DNA from: Fidelibacterota bacterium
Lineage (GTDB): Bacteria > Fidelibacterota > Fidelibacteria > Fidelibacterales > DSDE01
Length of the DNA: 64,000 nt
Direction: 5' to 3'
Assembly: GCA_046735395.1 (NCBI GenBank)
Contig: JBJKQR010000047.1
Location: forward strand, 32,001-96,000
A program made the position numbers and the translations under genes. Below the pieces are notes generated by a model that was given only the letters and a program-made list of their open reading frames with translations, was not told where the DNA came from and did not search any database. Positions 1-8,590 of this stretch are shown here, one piece after another. The stretch's first letter is position 1. Each line of letters starts with the position of its first letter.

Positions 1-1
1 T

Positions 2-1384
2 TCGGGTGCTTTTCTGCCCTGGTATGATCTGACGGCCACTGTAGATTATCCGTTGCCAGGGAAGATTCAGCTGAAGAGCGAATATCTGGAGGAGTACCAT
101 GACAGTGTCTTCGCCAATCTCCTTCCCGCCTTCCGCCGGCGATTCACACAGACGCTGAATCTGTCTGAGTCTGTCAGGCTGCAGGGCGTGTACCATGAAG
201 ACAGGGAACGGATCGACGGAAAATTTCAGAATCCGGACATCAGGCAGGATCTGCTCATTCAGCTTAGCCGGTCCCGCCATTCGCAGCTTCAATTTCTGAG
301 TACCCTGAATATCCGGCAGGATCGTCAGGATCAGCAGAGACAGAGGTATTTTCTGGGTCAGAACCGGTTACAGTGGCGGCCCGCAAGCCTTCCTCTGAGT
401 ATACAGGTGGATGACAATGTGAACCGAAGCAGTGAAAATTTACGGGAAGCCGTGTATGTCTATGCAGGAGAAGGACTGGGGAATTACCGCTGGGATCCGG
501 TGTACGGGGAATATGTTCCGGACCCGCTGGGAACCCATATATTGCGTTTCGAACTGTCACCGGAGAAACAGCAGGAAATTTCTCACAAAAATGAAGGTAG
601 TGTGGATTTTTCACCGCGATTTCATGGAAAATCAGGAATTACAGTGAATGCAAAATTGAACTATCTTCTTGATTACAGAGCCGCTGATTTTATCCTTGCA
701 CGGAACCTGGAGCGGACCCGGGTCAGTACCGATAATCTGTATTCCGGGCGGAACCGTTTCCGGCAGGATATCCGGCTGCAGTCTCCCGGCCGGAAAAAAA
801 TGATCCTGTTGGCCTGGGAAGGGGATCGGCAGCAGAATCTCATGGATCTGGCCCGTCAGCAGATAAGTTCTCTCTCGCTTTTTGAAATCCGCTACCGGTC
901 CCGCACCGCTGTTGGCAGCCGGTCTCTGTATTACCAGTACAGGGATTATTTCCGGGAAAAACTGTCCGGCACCGGGTACCAGATCCGAAATTTTCGTAAC
1001 GAAGCCGGGGCTGAACTGTCACGTCCGATTTTTAGTGCTATCGATATGAAGACGGCCTATCACCATAGTTCCAATCTCAGTTTCTTCGGAAAGGTATTTA
1101 CGACCACGGTCAATTCACTCGAACTGGATCTGCGCTATGAACCGAAAGAGGGTGAGCGGATGCGGTTTCAGATAACTCAGTTTCTCGTTTCATCCGATGG
1201 TCCGCGCGTCCTGCCCTATGAAAGTGCGGACGGACTGAACCGGGGTAACAGCCAGCAGCTGCTCCTGACCTATGACAAACAGTTGAGTAACAGTCTGAGC
1301 GCATCTCTGCAGCTGCAGCGGCGAACCCGGGAAGGGAGCCGTGATCTCAATCTGGCCAGAATGGAAATAAAGGCGTATTTCTGA
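2..1384 (+). CDS. Large outer-membrane beta-barrel-like hypothetical protein (5'-truncated by window edge)
   Basis: Frame is open from base 2 (no stop upstream of ORF 53..1384); amphipathic beta-strand pattern; ends in EIKAYF (terminal Phe); stop overlaps next start (TGATG). Confidence 0.6.
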   Translation, partial: SGAFLPWYDLTATVDYPLPGKIQLKSEYLEEYHDSVFANLLPAFRRRFTQTLNLSESVRLQGVYHEDRERIDGKFQNPDIRQDLLIQLSRSRHSQLQFLSTLNIRQDRQDQQRQRYFLGQNRLQWRPASLPLSIQVDDNVNRSSENLREAVYVYAGEGLGNYRWDPVYGEYVPDPLGTHILRFELSPEKQQEISHKNEGSVDFSPRFHGKSGITVNAKLNYLLDYRAADFILARNLERTRVSTDNLYSGRNRFRQDIRLQSPGRKKMILLAWEGDRQQNLMDLARQQISSLSLFEIRYRSRTAVGSRSLYYQYRDYFREKLSGTGYQIRNFRNEAGAELSRPIFSAIDMKTAYHHSSNLSFFGKVFTTTVNSLELDLRYEPKEGERMRFQITQFLVSSDGPRVLPYESADGLNRGNSQQLLLTYDKQLSNSLSASLQLQRRTREGSRDLNLARMEIKAYF

Positions 1385-2724
1385 TGAGAAAATGGGTTGC
1401 GGGCGGAATTCTTGCTGTATTGCTGATCGGGACGGTTTCACCGGGCCTGGCAGATCCCATGCAGCTTATAATTGATTCTGATACGATGTCTGTTTCAGAT
1501 GCTGCTGACATACCGGGAATCCTTTCAACGCGTCTGAGAATTGTTGCCGACAAGGGCTACCCCCATGCGGAATGTGTCCTTTCGGCCTATTACAGGGAAA
1601 ATGGAGAGGATCGTTTTATTTATCATTTAAGCGGCGGGGATTTTGTGCAGATCGATTCGGTTATTTATGGTGATTACAGCATGTCGGAAGCGGCCTATCT
1701 CAACTATCTGGCCGGATACCCCGGGATTGGCGTTCCCTTCAGTTACAGCGCCGCCGAAAAAGCCGTCCGGTTGTTAAATCATACACCGGCACTGATTCAC
1801 TGCGCCCAGCCTGAAATCGAAGGGCGGACTCTGGTTCTCCCGGTGAAAAAAACGGAAAAGGCGGGGCTGGATGGTGTCATGTCCTATAAAAATGAAGGGA
1901 AGGCCAGGGTATTCGGAGAGCTGTGGCTTCATCTGGAAAATATCAGCCGCCTCGGACGGATTCTGGAATTCCGCTGGCAGCATCCGGACGAATCCGGACA
2001 TTATATCTTTGGCCGGGCTGAGGAAAAATTTCCCTTTTCACTGCCCTTGAGCCTTTCGGGTGAATTCAGCCAGGAATTTCGGGATTCATCCTATGTCCGA
2101 CGCAGATGGCAGGCTGATCTGTCTCATTATCTGCGGCCCGGTCTGCAGATCGGCGTTCATGTTTTTCAGGAAGAAATCAGCACGAATCAGAGCGAAGCCA
2201 CGCTGGATTATACGCAGGAATCCTATTCCGGCAGCGGAATCCGGGCCTTCTGGTCACAGATGGGGGAGAGGCTTGACTGGCGAACCCGATTGAATGCGGA
2301 TGTGTCGAAATCCAATGTCCGGACTCTCTATGCAGCGGATTTTTTCTCTCAGCTCAATATCAGAAAAGGGTCGGGATTCGGAGCCCTGAGCCTTCGTGCA
2401 GCAGGGCTGAAAAGTGCTGGACAGATTCCCGCCTGTTTTCGGATGACTACGGCATCGGCTGATTTTCTGCAGGCTGAAGACCCCGAACTCACACGAAGCC
2501 TGAGCTACGGCGGAGCCACTCTGGGAGGCGGATTCAGAAATGCTTCATCCCGGGTGGAATTATTTGTCGAGCTTGTCCGTTTTTTCGACCGTCATGAACA
2601 GATTGTCAATGGGGGCGTGGCCATGACAGTACCGGCCGCCAGCCGGAAGGTGACGCTGATTCTGGCCTTCAATCCGGAGCGGTCCTGGTCCGCAGGGAAG
2701 CTGCATATAGTCTGGGAATTATAG
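1384..2724 (+). CDS. Omp85/TamA-like outer-membrane protein (POTRA-like region plus barrel), divergent
   Basis: Signal peptide; POTRA-like segment (KGYPHA...IDSV); L-HLENI-RLGR-LEFRW resembles the first barrel strands of Omp85 paralogs; C-terminal GKLHIVWEL. Confidence 0.55.
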   Translation: MRKWVAGGILAVLLIGTVSPGLADPMQLIIDSDTMSVSDAADIPGILSTRLRIVADKGYPHAECVLSAYYRENGEDRFIYHLSGGDFVQIDSVIYGDYSMSEAAYLNYLAGYPGIGVPFSYSAAEKAVRLLNHTPALIHCAQPEIEGRTLVLPVKKTEKAGLDGVMSYKNEGKARVFGELWLHLENISRLGRILEFRWQHPDESGHYIFGRAEEKFPFSLPLSLSGEFSQEFRDSSYVRRRWQADLSHYLRPGLQIGVHVFQEEISTNQSEATLDYTQESYSGSGIRAFWSQMGERLDWRTRLNADVSKSNVRTLYAADFFSQLNIRKGSGFGALSLRAAGLKSAGQIPACFRMTTASADFLQAEDPELTRSLSYGGATLGGGFRNASSRVELFVELVRFFDRHEQIVNGGVAMTVPAASRKVTLILAFNPERSWSAGKLHIVWEL

Positions 2725-2733
2725 AAAAATTTA

Positions 2734-3786
2734 CTAAAAAACCGTATTGCCGCTGAAGTTGTGCTTCGGAACGATCAGCTGTTCATCGATACCGAGCAGT
2801 GCGATGAATTGTTTCAGGATACGCTGGTTGAATTTGTTCTCTTTCGACAGCAGGTGCCGGACGGCATTGCCCGGTGTGTCCGCAGGAGAGTAGGATCTGC
2901 GGGTGGTGATGGCATCGTAGATATCCACAATGGAGGCCATATTTGAATAAAGACTCAGGATGGATCCCTTGAGTCCCATGGGATAGCCGCTTCCGTCCTG
3001 ATGTTCGTGGTGCTGCCCGATGATGAGCAGACTCAGGTCACTGACCGATCCGGATGCTCTGGCGATATTGACTCCAATCTGCGGATGCTGTCTCATTAAT
3101 TTCCATTCATCTTCATTCAGCGCTTTCGGCTTGTTGATGATATCCTGGCTGATGTCGGACTTCCCTAGATCGTGAAGCAGGCCGCCATGGCCGATCTCAA
3201 CGAGCTTTTCCCGGTCCGTAATACCCAGCTCCCGGGCGAGAGCAATGAGGAAAATGCTGACATTTACGGAGTGAGTGTAGGTATAATTATCATTTTTCTG
3301 AAGTTTGATCAGATCCAGGACACTTTTCTGGTCGCGATACAGAAATTCAATGGTATGGCCGATAACCTTCCGGGACGTACTGATGGCGGCACCGGATCGG
3401 GGATCTGTAAATACATCCTCGATAATGTTCCGTGTAATGGAATGGAGAAAACCGACTTTTTCGCCCGAATCTATATTTGTCTCATTCAGTTTCAGGGACA
3501 GATTGTCCACGACATAATTTTCAAAGGTTTCCCGGTCCTCCCGGAGGATGAACATCTTGTTATGCCGGTTGGCCAGGAGTTTGGTGATGCGGTTTTTATC
3601 GAGCCAGGTGCCCTTTTTCACGTAGAGAGCGCAGTAATCATCGGATTGTATATAGAGATCTACGGTAATTTCACTGTCAATATACAGTTTTCGAATATCT
3701 ATTTCCCGGGCAGCATCACGGTGAATCAGGCCCGTGTAGGATCCGGACTGGTTCTGGGTCATTTTATCTTTCGGTGTTGGGTTCAT
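2734..3786 (-). CDS. HD-GYP domain cyclic-dinucleotide phosphodiesterase
   Basis: YTYTHSVN, HDLGK, HHEHQDGSGYP and DIYDAITTRRSY motifs intact; start uncertain (3792/3786/3762). Confidence 0.9.
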   Translation of the reverse strand: MNPTPKDKMTQNQSGSYTGLIHRDAAREIDIRKLYIDSEITVDLYIQSDDYCALYVKKGTWLDKNRITKLLANRHNKMFILREDRETFENYVVDNLSLKLNETNIDSGEKVGFLHSITRNIIEDVFTDPRSGAAISTSRKVIGHTIEFLYRDQKSVLDLIKLQKNDNYTYTHSVNVSIFLIALARELGITDREKLVEIGHGGLLHDLGKSDISQDIINKPKALNEDEWKLMRQHPQIGVNIARASGSVSDLSLLIIGQHHEHQDGSGYPMGLKGSILSLYSNMASIVDIYDAITTRRSYSPADTPGNAVRHLLSKENKFNQRILKQFIALLGIDEQLIVPKHNFSGNTVF

Positions 3787-3827
3787 GGTCAAAATACAGG
3801 GAAAATACTCTTTTCTTCATATCCTGG

Positions 3828-5753
3828 TTACAGTTCCATATTATCAATAACTTCAATACGCTCGGAGAGTTCCAGCCATTGACCTTCCTTTTCATTCAAT
3901 TCCGTTCGGACCTCCCGGAAACGCAGCGTTTTTGACTTTTTTTCGTCGGCGTTGAGGGATGAAAAGGCGGAGGATGACAAGAGTTCCGTCAAATCGTTCT
4001 GTTCGGATTCCAATGATTTTATTTCGGATTCGAGGGCCTTGATGGAATTGACAAGGTCCTTTTTCAGGTCGAACTTCTTTTTGCGGATCTCGGCTTCGCG
4101 CCGTTTCCTGTCCCGAAGGTTTTCGCGGGGAGTTTCGGCCGGTTTTGCTTCGGTCTGCAGCTTTTCCGCCTTCCAAATCTCGAACTCACTGTAGTTGCCG
4201 GTAAAGGCAGTGAGTGTCCCGCCGGAAAAGGCGTAGATTCTGCTCACCAGCATATCCAGAAAAAAACGGTCGTGACTGACGAGACACAGGGTCCCGTCGT
4301 AGGCATCAAGCGCTTCCGCCAGTATTTCACGGCTTTCCATATCGAGATGATTCGTCGGCTCATCCATGACAATGACATTGGCTCGGCTGAGCAATATTTT
4401 CAGCAGGACAACCCGGCTCTTTTCGCCGCCGCTGAGAATGGAGATCTTTTTATCCACATCATCTCCGCTGAACAGAAAATTTCCCAGTGCGGACCGAAGT
4501 TGGGTCATACTCAGGTCCGGAGCGCTGCTGCGGATTTCCTCCAGGATGCTGCTGTCGGGGTGAAGATTCTGCAGCTGATGCTGGGCAAAGTAGGCAATCT
4601 TCAGATTCTGTCCCAGTGCCATCTGTCCGGATTTTGCGGTGAGTTCACCGATGATGAGACGTATCAGTGTACTTTTTCCGCTTCCGTTCTCACCAACCAG
4701 GGCGATGCGTTCACCCCGGCGGATTTCCATATTCACATTCTGAAATACGGGAGTGCTGCCGTAGGCAAAGGTCAGATCGCGGATCTGCAGAACCGGATCA
4801 CCGCTTCGGGAGGAGGGCGGAAAACTGAAGCGAATATGCCGCCGCTCCGAAGACAGGGTCTCCTGCGTTTCCCGGTTGAGCATTTTCAGTCGGCTCTGCA
4901 CCTGCCTGGCCTTGGTCGCCTTGTAGCGAAAACGTTCAATAAAATCTTCGATCTGTTTGCGGCGTTTTTCCTGATTTCGGATGCGGGCTTCCATCTGGCG
5001 GTATTCCACTTCCTTCCGATCCTCAAATTCACTGAAATTTCCCGGGTACAGACGGAGGGCGCCCTGATCGATCTCCGCCACATGTGTGCTGAGCCGGTCG
5101 AGAAAATACCGGTCATGCGACACCATGACAATGGTTCCTGTGTAATCCATGAGAAAATTCTCAAACCAGACCAGGGTGTCAAGATCCAGATGATTCGTCG
5201 GTTCATCGAGAAGAAGCAGAGAGGGGTTTTTCAGAAGGAGATGTGCCATGGAAATGCGCATTCTCCAGCCTCCGCTGAAACTGCTGACGGGGCGATTCCA
5301 GCTGTCTTCCGGGAATCCGAGGCCACCCAGAATGCGGCGCGCCTTGGCTTCATATTCATATCCTTCCTGATGGCGGTACAATTCCTGCAGCTCGCTGTAG
5401 CGTTTCATATCCCCTTCATCCGCTTCCCGTGACAGGCTTGCCTCCAGATCCCTCATTTCCTGTTCCATGGAGAGAAGATCGGTGCGGCCGCTGAGAACCA
5501 CGGCCAGAACGGATTCATCCAGCACGTCCTGATCCAGCTCCTGCCGAAGATACCCGATACTCAGGGACGAAGGACGGTTGATCTGTCCCTGATACTGCAT
5601 TTCCCGTCCGGAAATAATATTCAGCAGCGTTGTCTTACCGCTTCCGTTCGGTCCGTACAGCGCCGTCCGGCTCCCCGGCTTCAGTGAAAAATTCAGGCTG
5701 TCGAAGAGCTGCTTCGAACCGAAATTCAGAGATATGTCACTAAGCTGTATCAT
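3828..5753 (-). CDS. ABC-F family ribosome-associated ATPase
   Basis: Two ABC domains (GPNGSGKT/FSGGW/LDEPTNHLD and GENGSGKS/LSGGE/MDEPTNHLD); no TM helices; C-terminal coiled coil. Confidence 0.95.
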   Translation of the reverse strand: MIQLSDISLNFGSKQLFDSLNFSLKPGSRTALYGPNGSGKTTLLNIISGREMQYQGQINRPSSLSIGYLRQELDQDVLDESVLAVVLSGRTDLLSMEQEMRDLEASLSREADEGDMKRYSELQELYRHQEGYEYEAKARRILGGLGFPEDSWNRPVSSFSGGWRMRISMAHLLLKNPSLLLLDEPTNHLDLDTLVWFENFLMDYTGTIVMVSHDRYFLDRLSTHVAEIDQGALRLYPGNFSEFEDRKEVEYRQMEARIRNQEKRRKQIEDFIERFRYKATKARQVQSRLKMLNRETQETLSSERRHIRFSFPPSSRSGDPVLQIRDLTFAYGSTPVFQNVNMEIRRGERIALVGENGSGKSTLIRLIIGELTAKSGQMALGQNLKIAYFAQHQLQNLHPDSSILEEIRSSAPDLSMTQLRSALGNFLFSGDDVDKKISILSGGEKSRVVLLKILLSRANVIVMDEPTNHLDMESREILAEALDAYDGTLCLVSHDRFFLDMLVSRIYAFSGGTLTAFTGNYSEFEIWKAEKLQTEAKPAETPRENLRDRKRREAEIRKKKFDLKKDLVNSIKALESEIKSLESEQNDLTELLSSSAFSSLNADEKKSKTLRFREVRTELNEKEGQWLELSERIEVIDNMEL

Positions 5754-5849
5754 GGACCGTCCTAAAATTCAGAGCGGAAATATACATAATGAAGACTTCA
5801 ATGAACATGATAAAATCTGCTGCGGTCTGTAGTCCGGAAAGCCGGGAAC

Positions 5850-7346
5850 TCAGTGTCTCCCTGCTTCGTCGGCGATATAAGCCGGAGACAGTGGACTTTC
5901 GATCCAGGCGGCATTCACAGCGCTGATTCTCAGCCACTTCCCCTGTAGACCGGAATCGGGTATTTCCCAGTCACCCTGATCAGAATTGCCGATGGCAACC
6001 AGATTGCCCACGTCGCTGCTGTCATGGTCGGAGGCATAGAGGCAGAGACGGTGCACTCCCTCGTCCGAATATTCCAGATGCAGAGTCAGGGTTCCGTTTG
6101 GCCTCGTTGACATTTCCGTGATAACGGGTGCCTGCTTCAGGCTGTCTATATCCTTCCAGGGCATGGGCGGCAGTTTGGCCGGATGCCGGTAGAAGCGATC
6201 CCGGATTTCATTATAATGGGGCATGACGCTGCGTGAATCAAAGAAGACCATTCCGGCCGCCTTATCCCAGCGCAGGGCTTCGATTTCATTCATGATCTCA
6301 GTGGGATTGTAATCCTGCCTGCGGGTATTGTAGCGATAGGAGCCGATACCCGGGAAGACGTAGCGATCGAAGGTGTAGAGCTTTTCCCATTCTCGGACCC
6401 GTTTCAGGAAAGGGTGCAGGCGGTGGGACAGAGGCCAGTAGAGCATGGGCGCGACGAAATCGATTTTTCCCGTTTCCGCCCAGCGTGCAGCATCCTGATA
6501 AACGGCTCCGTACCCGTTCCAGCCGCCGTTGATATGGCTGCCGATGACCGCGGCGCTGACGATCAGGCCCGGATGACGGTGCTTCATGGTGTTGTACATT
6601 TTCGTAACGAAATTATTCATCTGCTGTCGCTGCCAGTCGCTCCAGTCCAGTTCGTCCGGATTGCCTTCCCTGGAATTGAAGCGCTTGACGGAAATGGGAT
6701 CATGCGAATAACCCTGCGCTTCGGTTCCGTCCGGATAGCGGATATAATCAAAGTGCAGGCCATCAATATCATAGCGGGAGGCGATGTCGTCGGCCAGGCG
6801 GATCAGGTAATCGTGAACGGCCGGAACACCGGGTGAGAAGGCGACATAGTGGTCGGAGCGTTCCATGGGCTGACCTTCGCGGTCGCAGACAAGCCAGTCC
6901 GGATGAGCCAGATAGGGGGAGAGCGGAGTGGTGGTCGGGGGCATTTTTTTACCTCTCCAGACAGGAAAGGTATTCATCCAGGCATAGAGCTCCATGCCGC
7001 GGGCATGGGCACAGTCTATGGCGTAAGCCAGGGGATCCCAGCCCGGATCTTCTCCCAGGGTGCCGGTGAGCAGAGAGCCCCAGGGTTCGATGTCCGACTT
7101 ATAATAGGCATCTCCGTTACCGCGCACCTGAAAGATGACCATGTTGAAATTCGCATCGGCGGCGGCATCGATGGTTGTTTTGATATAGCTGCGGATACTG
7201 TCCTGGTTGTGCTCAAATTCGGGGGCACAGTATTCAAAACGATGAAACCAGATGGCCCGGCCTTCTGCCTTGGGTTCCGGTACCTGTCTGAGACAGCCGG
7301 AAAGGGCCAGAGCTGCCAGTATCAGGGGTAATAAACGTCGGTTCAT
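5850..7346 (-). CDS. GHL10 (YddW/DigH-like) glycoside hydrolase lipoprotein
   Basis: Lipobox ALSGC; FQVRGNGDA, GWDPLAYAI-AHARGMELYAW, YDIDGLHFDYIRYP motifs. Confidence 0.85.
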   Translation of the reverse strand: MNRRLLPLILAALALSGCLRQVPEPKAEGRAIWFHRFEYCAPEFEHNQDSIRSYIKTTIDAAADANFNMVIFQVRGNGDAYYKSDIEPWGSLLTGTLGEDPGWDPLAYAIDCAHARGMELYAWMNTFPVWRGKKMPPTTTPLSPYLAHPDWLVCDREGQPMERSDHYVAFSPGVPAVHDYLIRLADDIASRYDIDGLHFDYIRYPDGTEAQGYSHDPISVKRFNSREGNPDELDWSDWQRQQMNNFVTKMYNTMKHRHPGLIVSAAVIGSHINGGWNGYGAVYQDAARWAETGKIDFVAPMLYWPLSHRLHPFLKRVREWEKLYTFDRYVFPGIGSYRYNTRRQDYNPTEIMNEIEALRWDKAAGMVFFDSRSVMPHYNEIRDRFYRHPAKLPPMPWKDIDSLKQAPVITEMSTRPNGTLTLHLEYSDEGVHRLCLYASDHDSSDVGNLVAIGNSDQGDWEIPDSGLQGKWLRISAVNAAWIESPLSPAYIADEAGRH

Positions 7347-7421
7347 GATGGCTAAGTCCTTTACAATTGTTTTATTATTACGTATTTATATCCTGTAGAA
7401 TGTATTAATGATAATACTGAT

Positions 7422-7850
7422 TTATAAACCGGTTGAACCGAAGCCACCCTGGCCGCGGTCAGATGTATTCAGGGATTCCGCCTCAACAATTGCCGGATGT
7501 CGGGGAATCTGAAAAATGAGCTGAGCGACGCGGTCACCTTTTTTAAAGGGAAAATCACTCTCGCTGAAATTAGCGAGGATGACGCCGATTTCGTTCCGGT
7601 ATCCGGCATCGATGGTTCCGGGTGCGTTCAGGCAGAAAATCCCGTGCTTGAGGGCGAGTCCGCTGCGGGACCGAACCTGAATTTCCAGTTCATCCGGCAG
7701 TTCGGCGGCGAGGCCGGTTTTGACGAGGGTCCATTTGCCTGCGGGAACGACACCGTCCTCCACGGCCATGACATCATACCCGGCGTCATAGCTGTGCTGT
7801 TGCTGAGGAAGCCGGGCGTCGGGATGGAGCTTTTTGAATTTGACCTGCAT
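7422..7850 (-). CDS. dut: dUTP pyrophosphatase
   Basis: AGYD, RSRSGLA, GTIDAGYR, GDRVAQL, RGQGGFGSTG motifs. Confidence 0.97.
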   Translation of the reverse strand: MQVKFKKLHPDARLPQQQHSYDAGYDVMAVEDGVVPAGKWTLVKTGLAAELPDELEIQVRSRSGLALKHGIFCLNAPGTIDAGYRNEIGVILANFSESDFPFKKGDRVAQLIFQIPRHPAIVEAESLNTSDRGQGGFGSTGL

Positions 7851-7871
7851 GATAAATTAATTCCTATGGAT

Positions 7872-7903
7872 AAAATAAAATACCCATCATGAGGATGATG
7901 GGT
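7872..7903 (-). terminator. Intrinsic terminator after nrdJ operon
   Basis: Stem ACCCATCAT-GAGG-ATGATGGGT (7882-7903) followed on the minus strand by a T-rich tract. Confidence 0.75.
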
Positions 7904-7935
7904 GGTGAAAGCTGAACAATGGATAAAGGGTCACG

Positions 7936-8574
7936 TTACTTGTCACATTTGGTATATCCGCACTGAACACAGAAATCGCAGCCATTTTCCGTCTTCAGCG
8001 CCTTGGCGTTGCACTCGGGACAGATTTTAAAATTGGCGTTGACGTCGGGCCGGGTGGCCTTTGCAGCGGCTGGTTCTGGGGCAGTTTTCGGTGTGGTATT
8101 GATGGGAATGTGTATCTGTTCACCATCCTTTGCCGGAGCCGTGATTCCTTCCTCACGGAAAAAACGTTCGATGACATCGGCCACTTCAGCATAGAAACTG
8201 TGAACATATTTTCCATTCTTGAAGAACCCGCCGTTGGGATCGTAAATGCTGCGGAGCTCCTCAAGAATGAAATGAGAATCATTTGTCTTGCGGAAAATTG
8301 CAGAAATGAGACGGGTAAGGACTGCGTACTCGGCAGACCGGGTCAGGTCCTTCGAATTGAGGAAGATTTCCACCGGGCGCTTTTTTCCGTTTTCATAAAT
8401 ATAGCTCAGTGTAATATAGACTGAAAATTTCACGAAGGGGCTCTTGACCTTATAGACCTTTGCTTCCACCACTTCCGGCCGGGCAACCGTATTGGACGCA
8501 TAGCGAATTTCGACGGCCCGGTTCAGTGTATCCGGATCGATATGATCCACGTTCAGATCTTCCTTTGCCTCCAT
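7936..8574 (-). CDS. nrdJb: Class II RNR C-terminal subunit (NrdJb, TSCPD-like domain with Cys-rich tail)
   Basis: RPEVV...YITL...RPVEIFLN pattern; C-terminal CPEC...ENGCDFCVQCGYTKC; lies directly after nrdJ; start uncertain (8628 or 8574). Confidence 0.8.
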   Translation of the reverse strand: MEAKEDLNVDHIDPDTLNRAVEIRYASNTVARPEVVEAKVYKVKSPFVKFSVYITLSYIYENGKKRPVEIFLNSKDLTRSAEYAVLTRLISAIFRKTNDSHFILEELRSIYDPNGGFFKNGKYVHSFYAEVADVIERFFREEGITAPAKDGEQIHIPINTTPKTAPEPAAAKATRPDVNANFKICPECNAKALKTENGCDFCVQCGYTKCDK

Positions 8575-8590
8575 CTCCTGGAGTTTGTAA

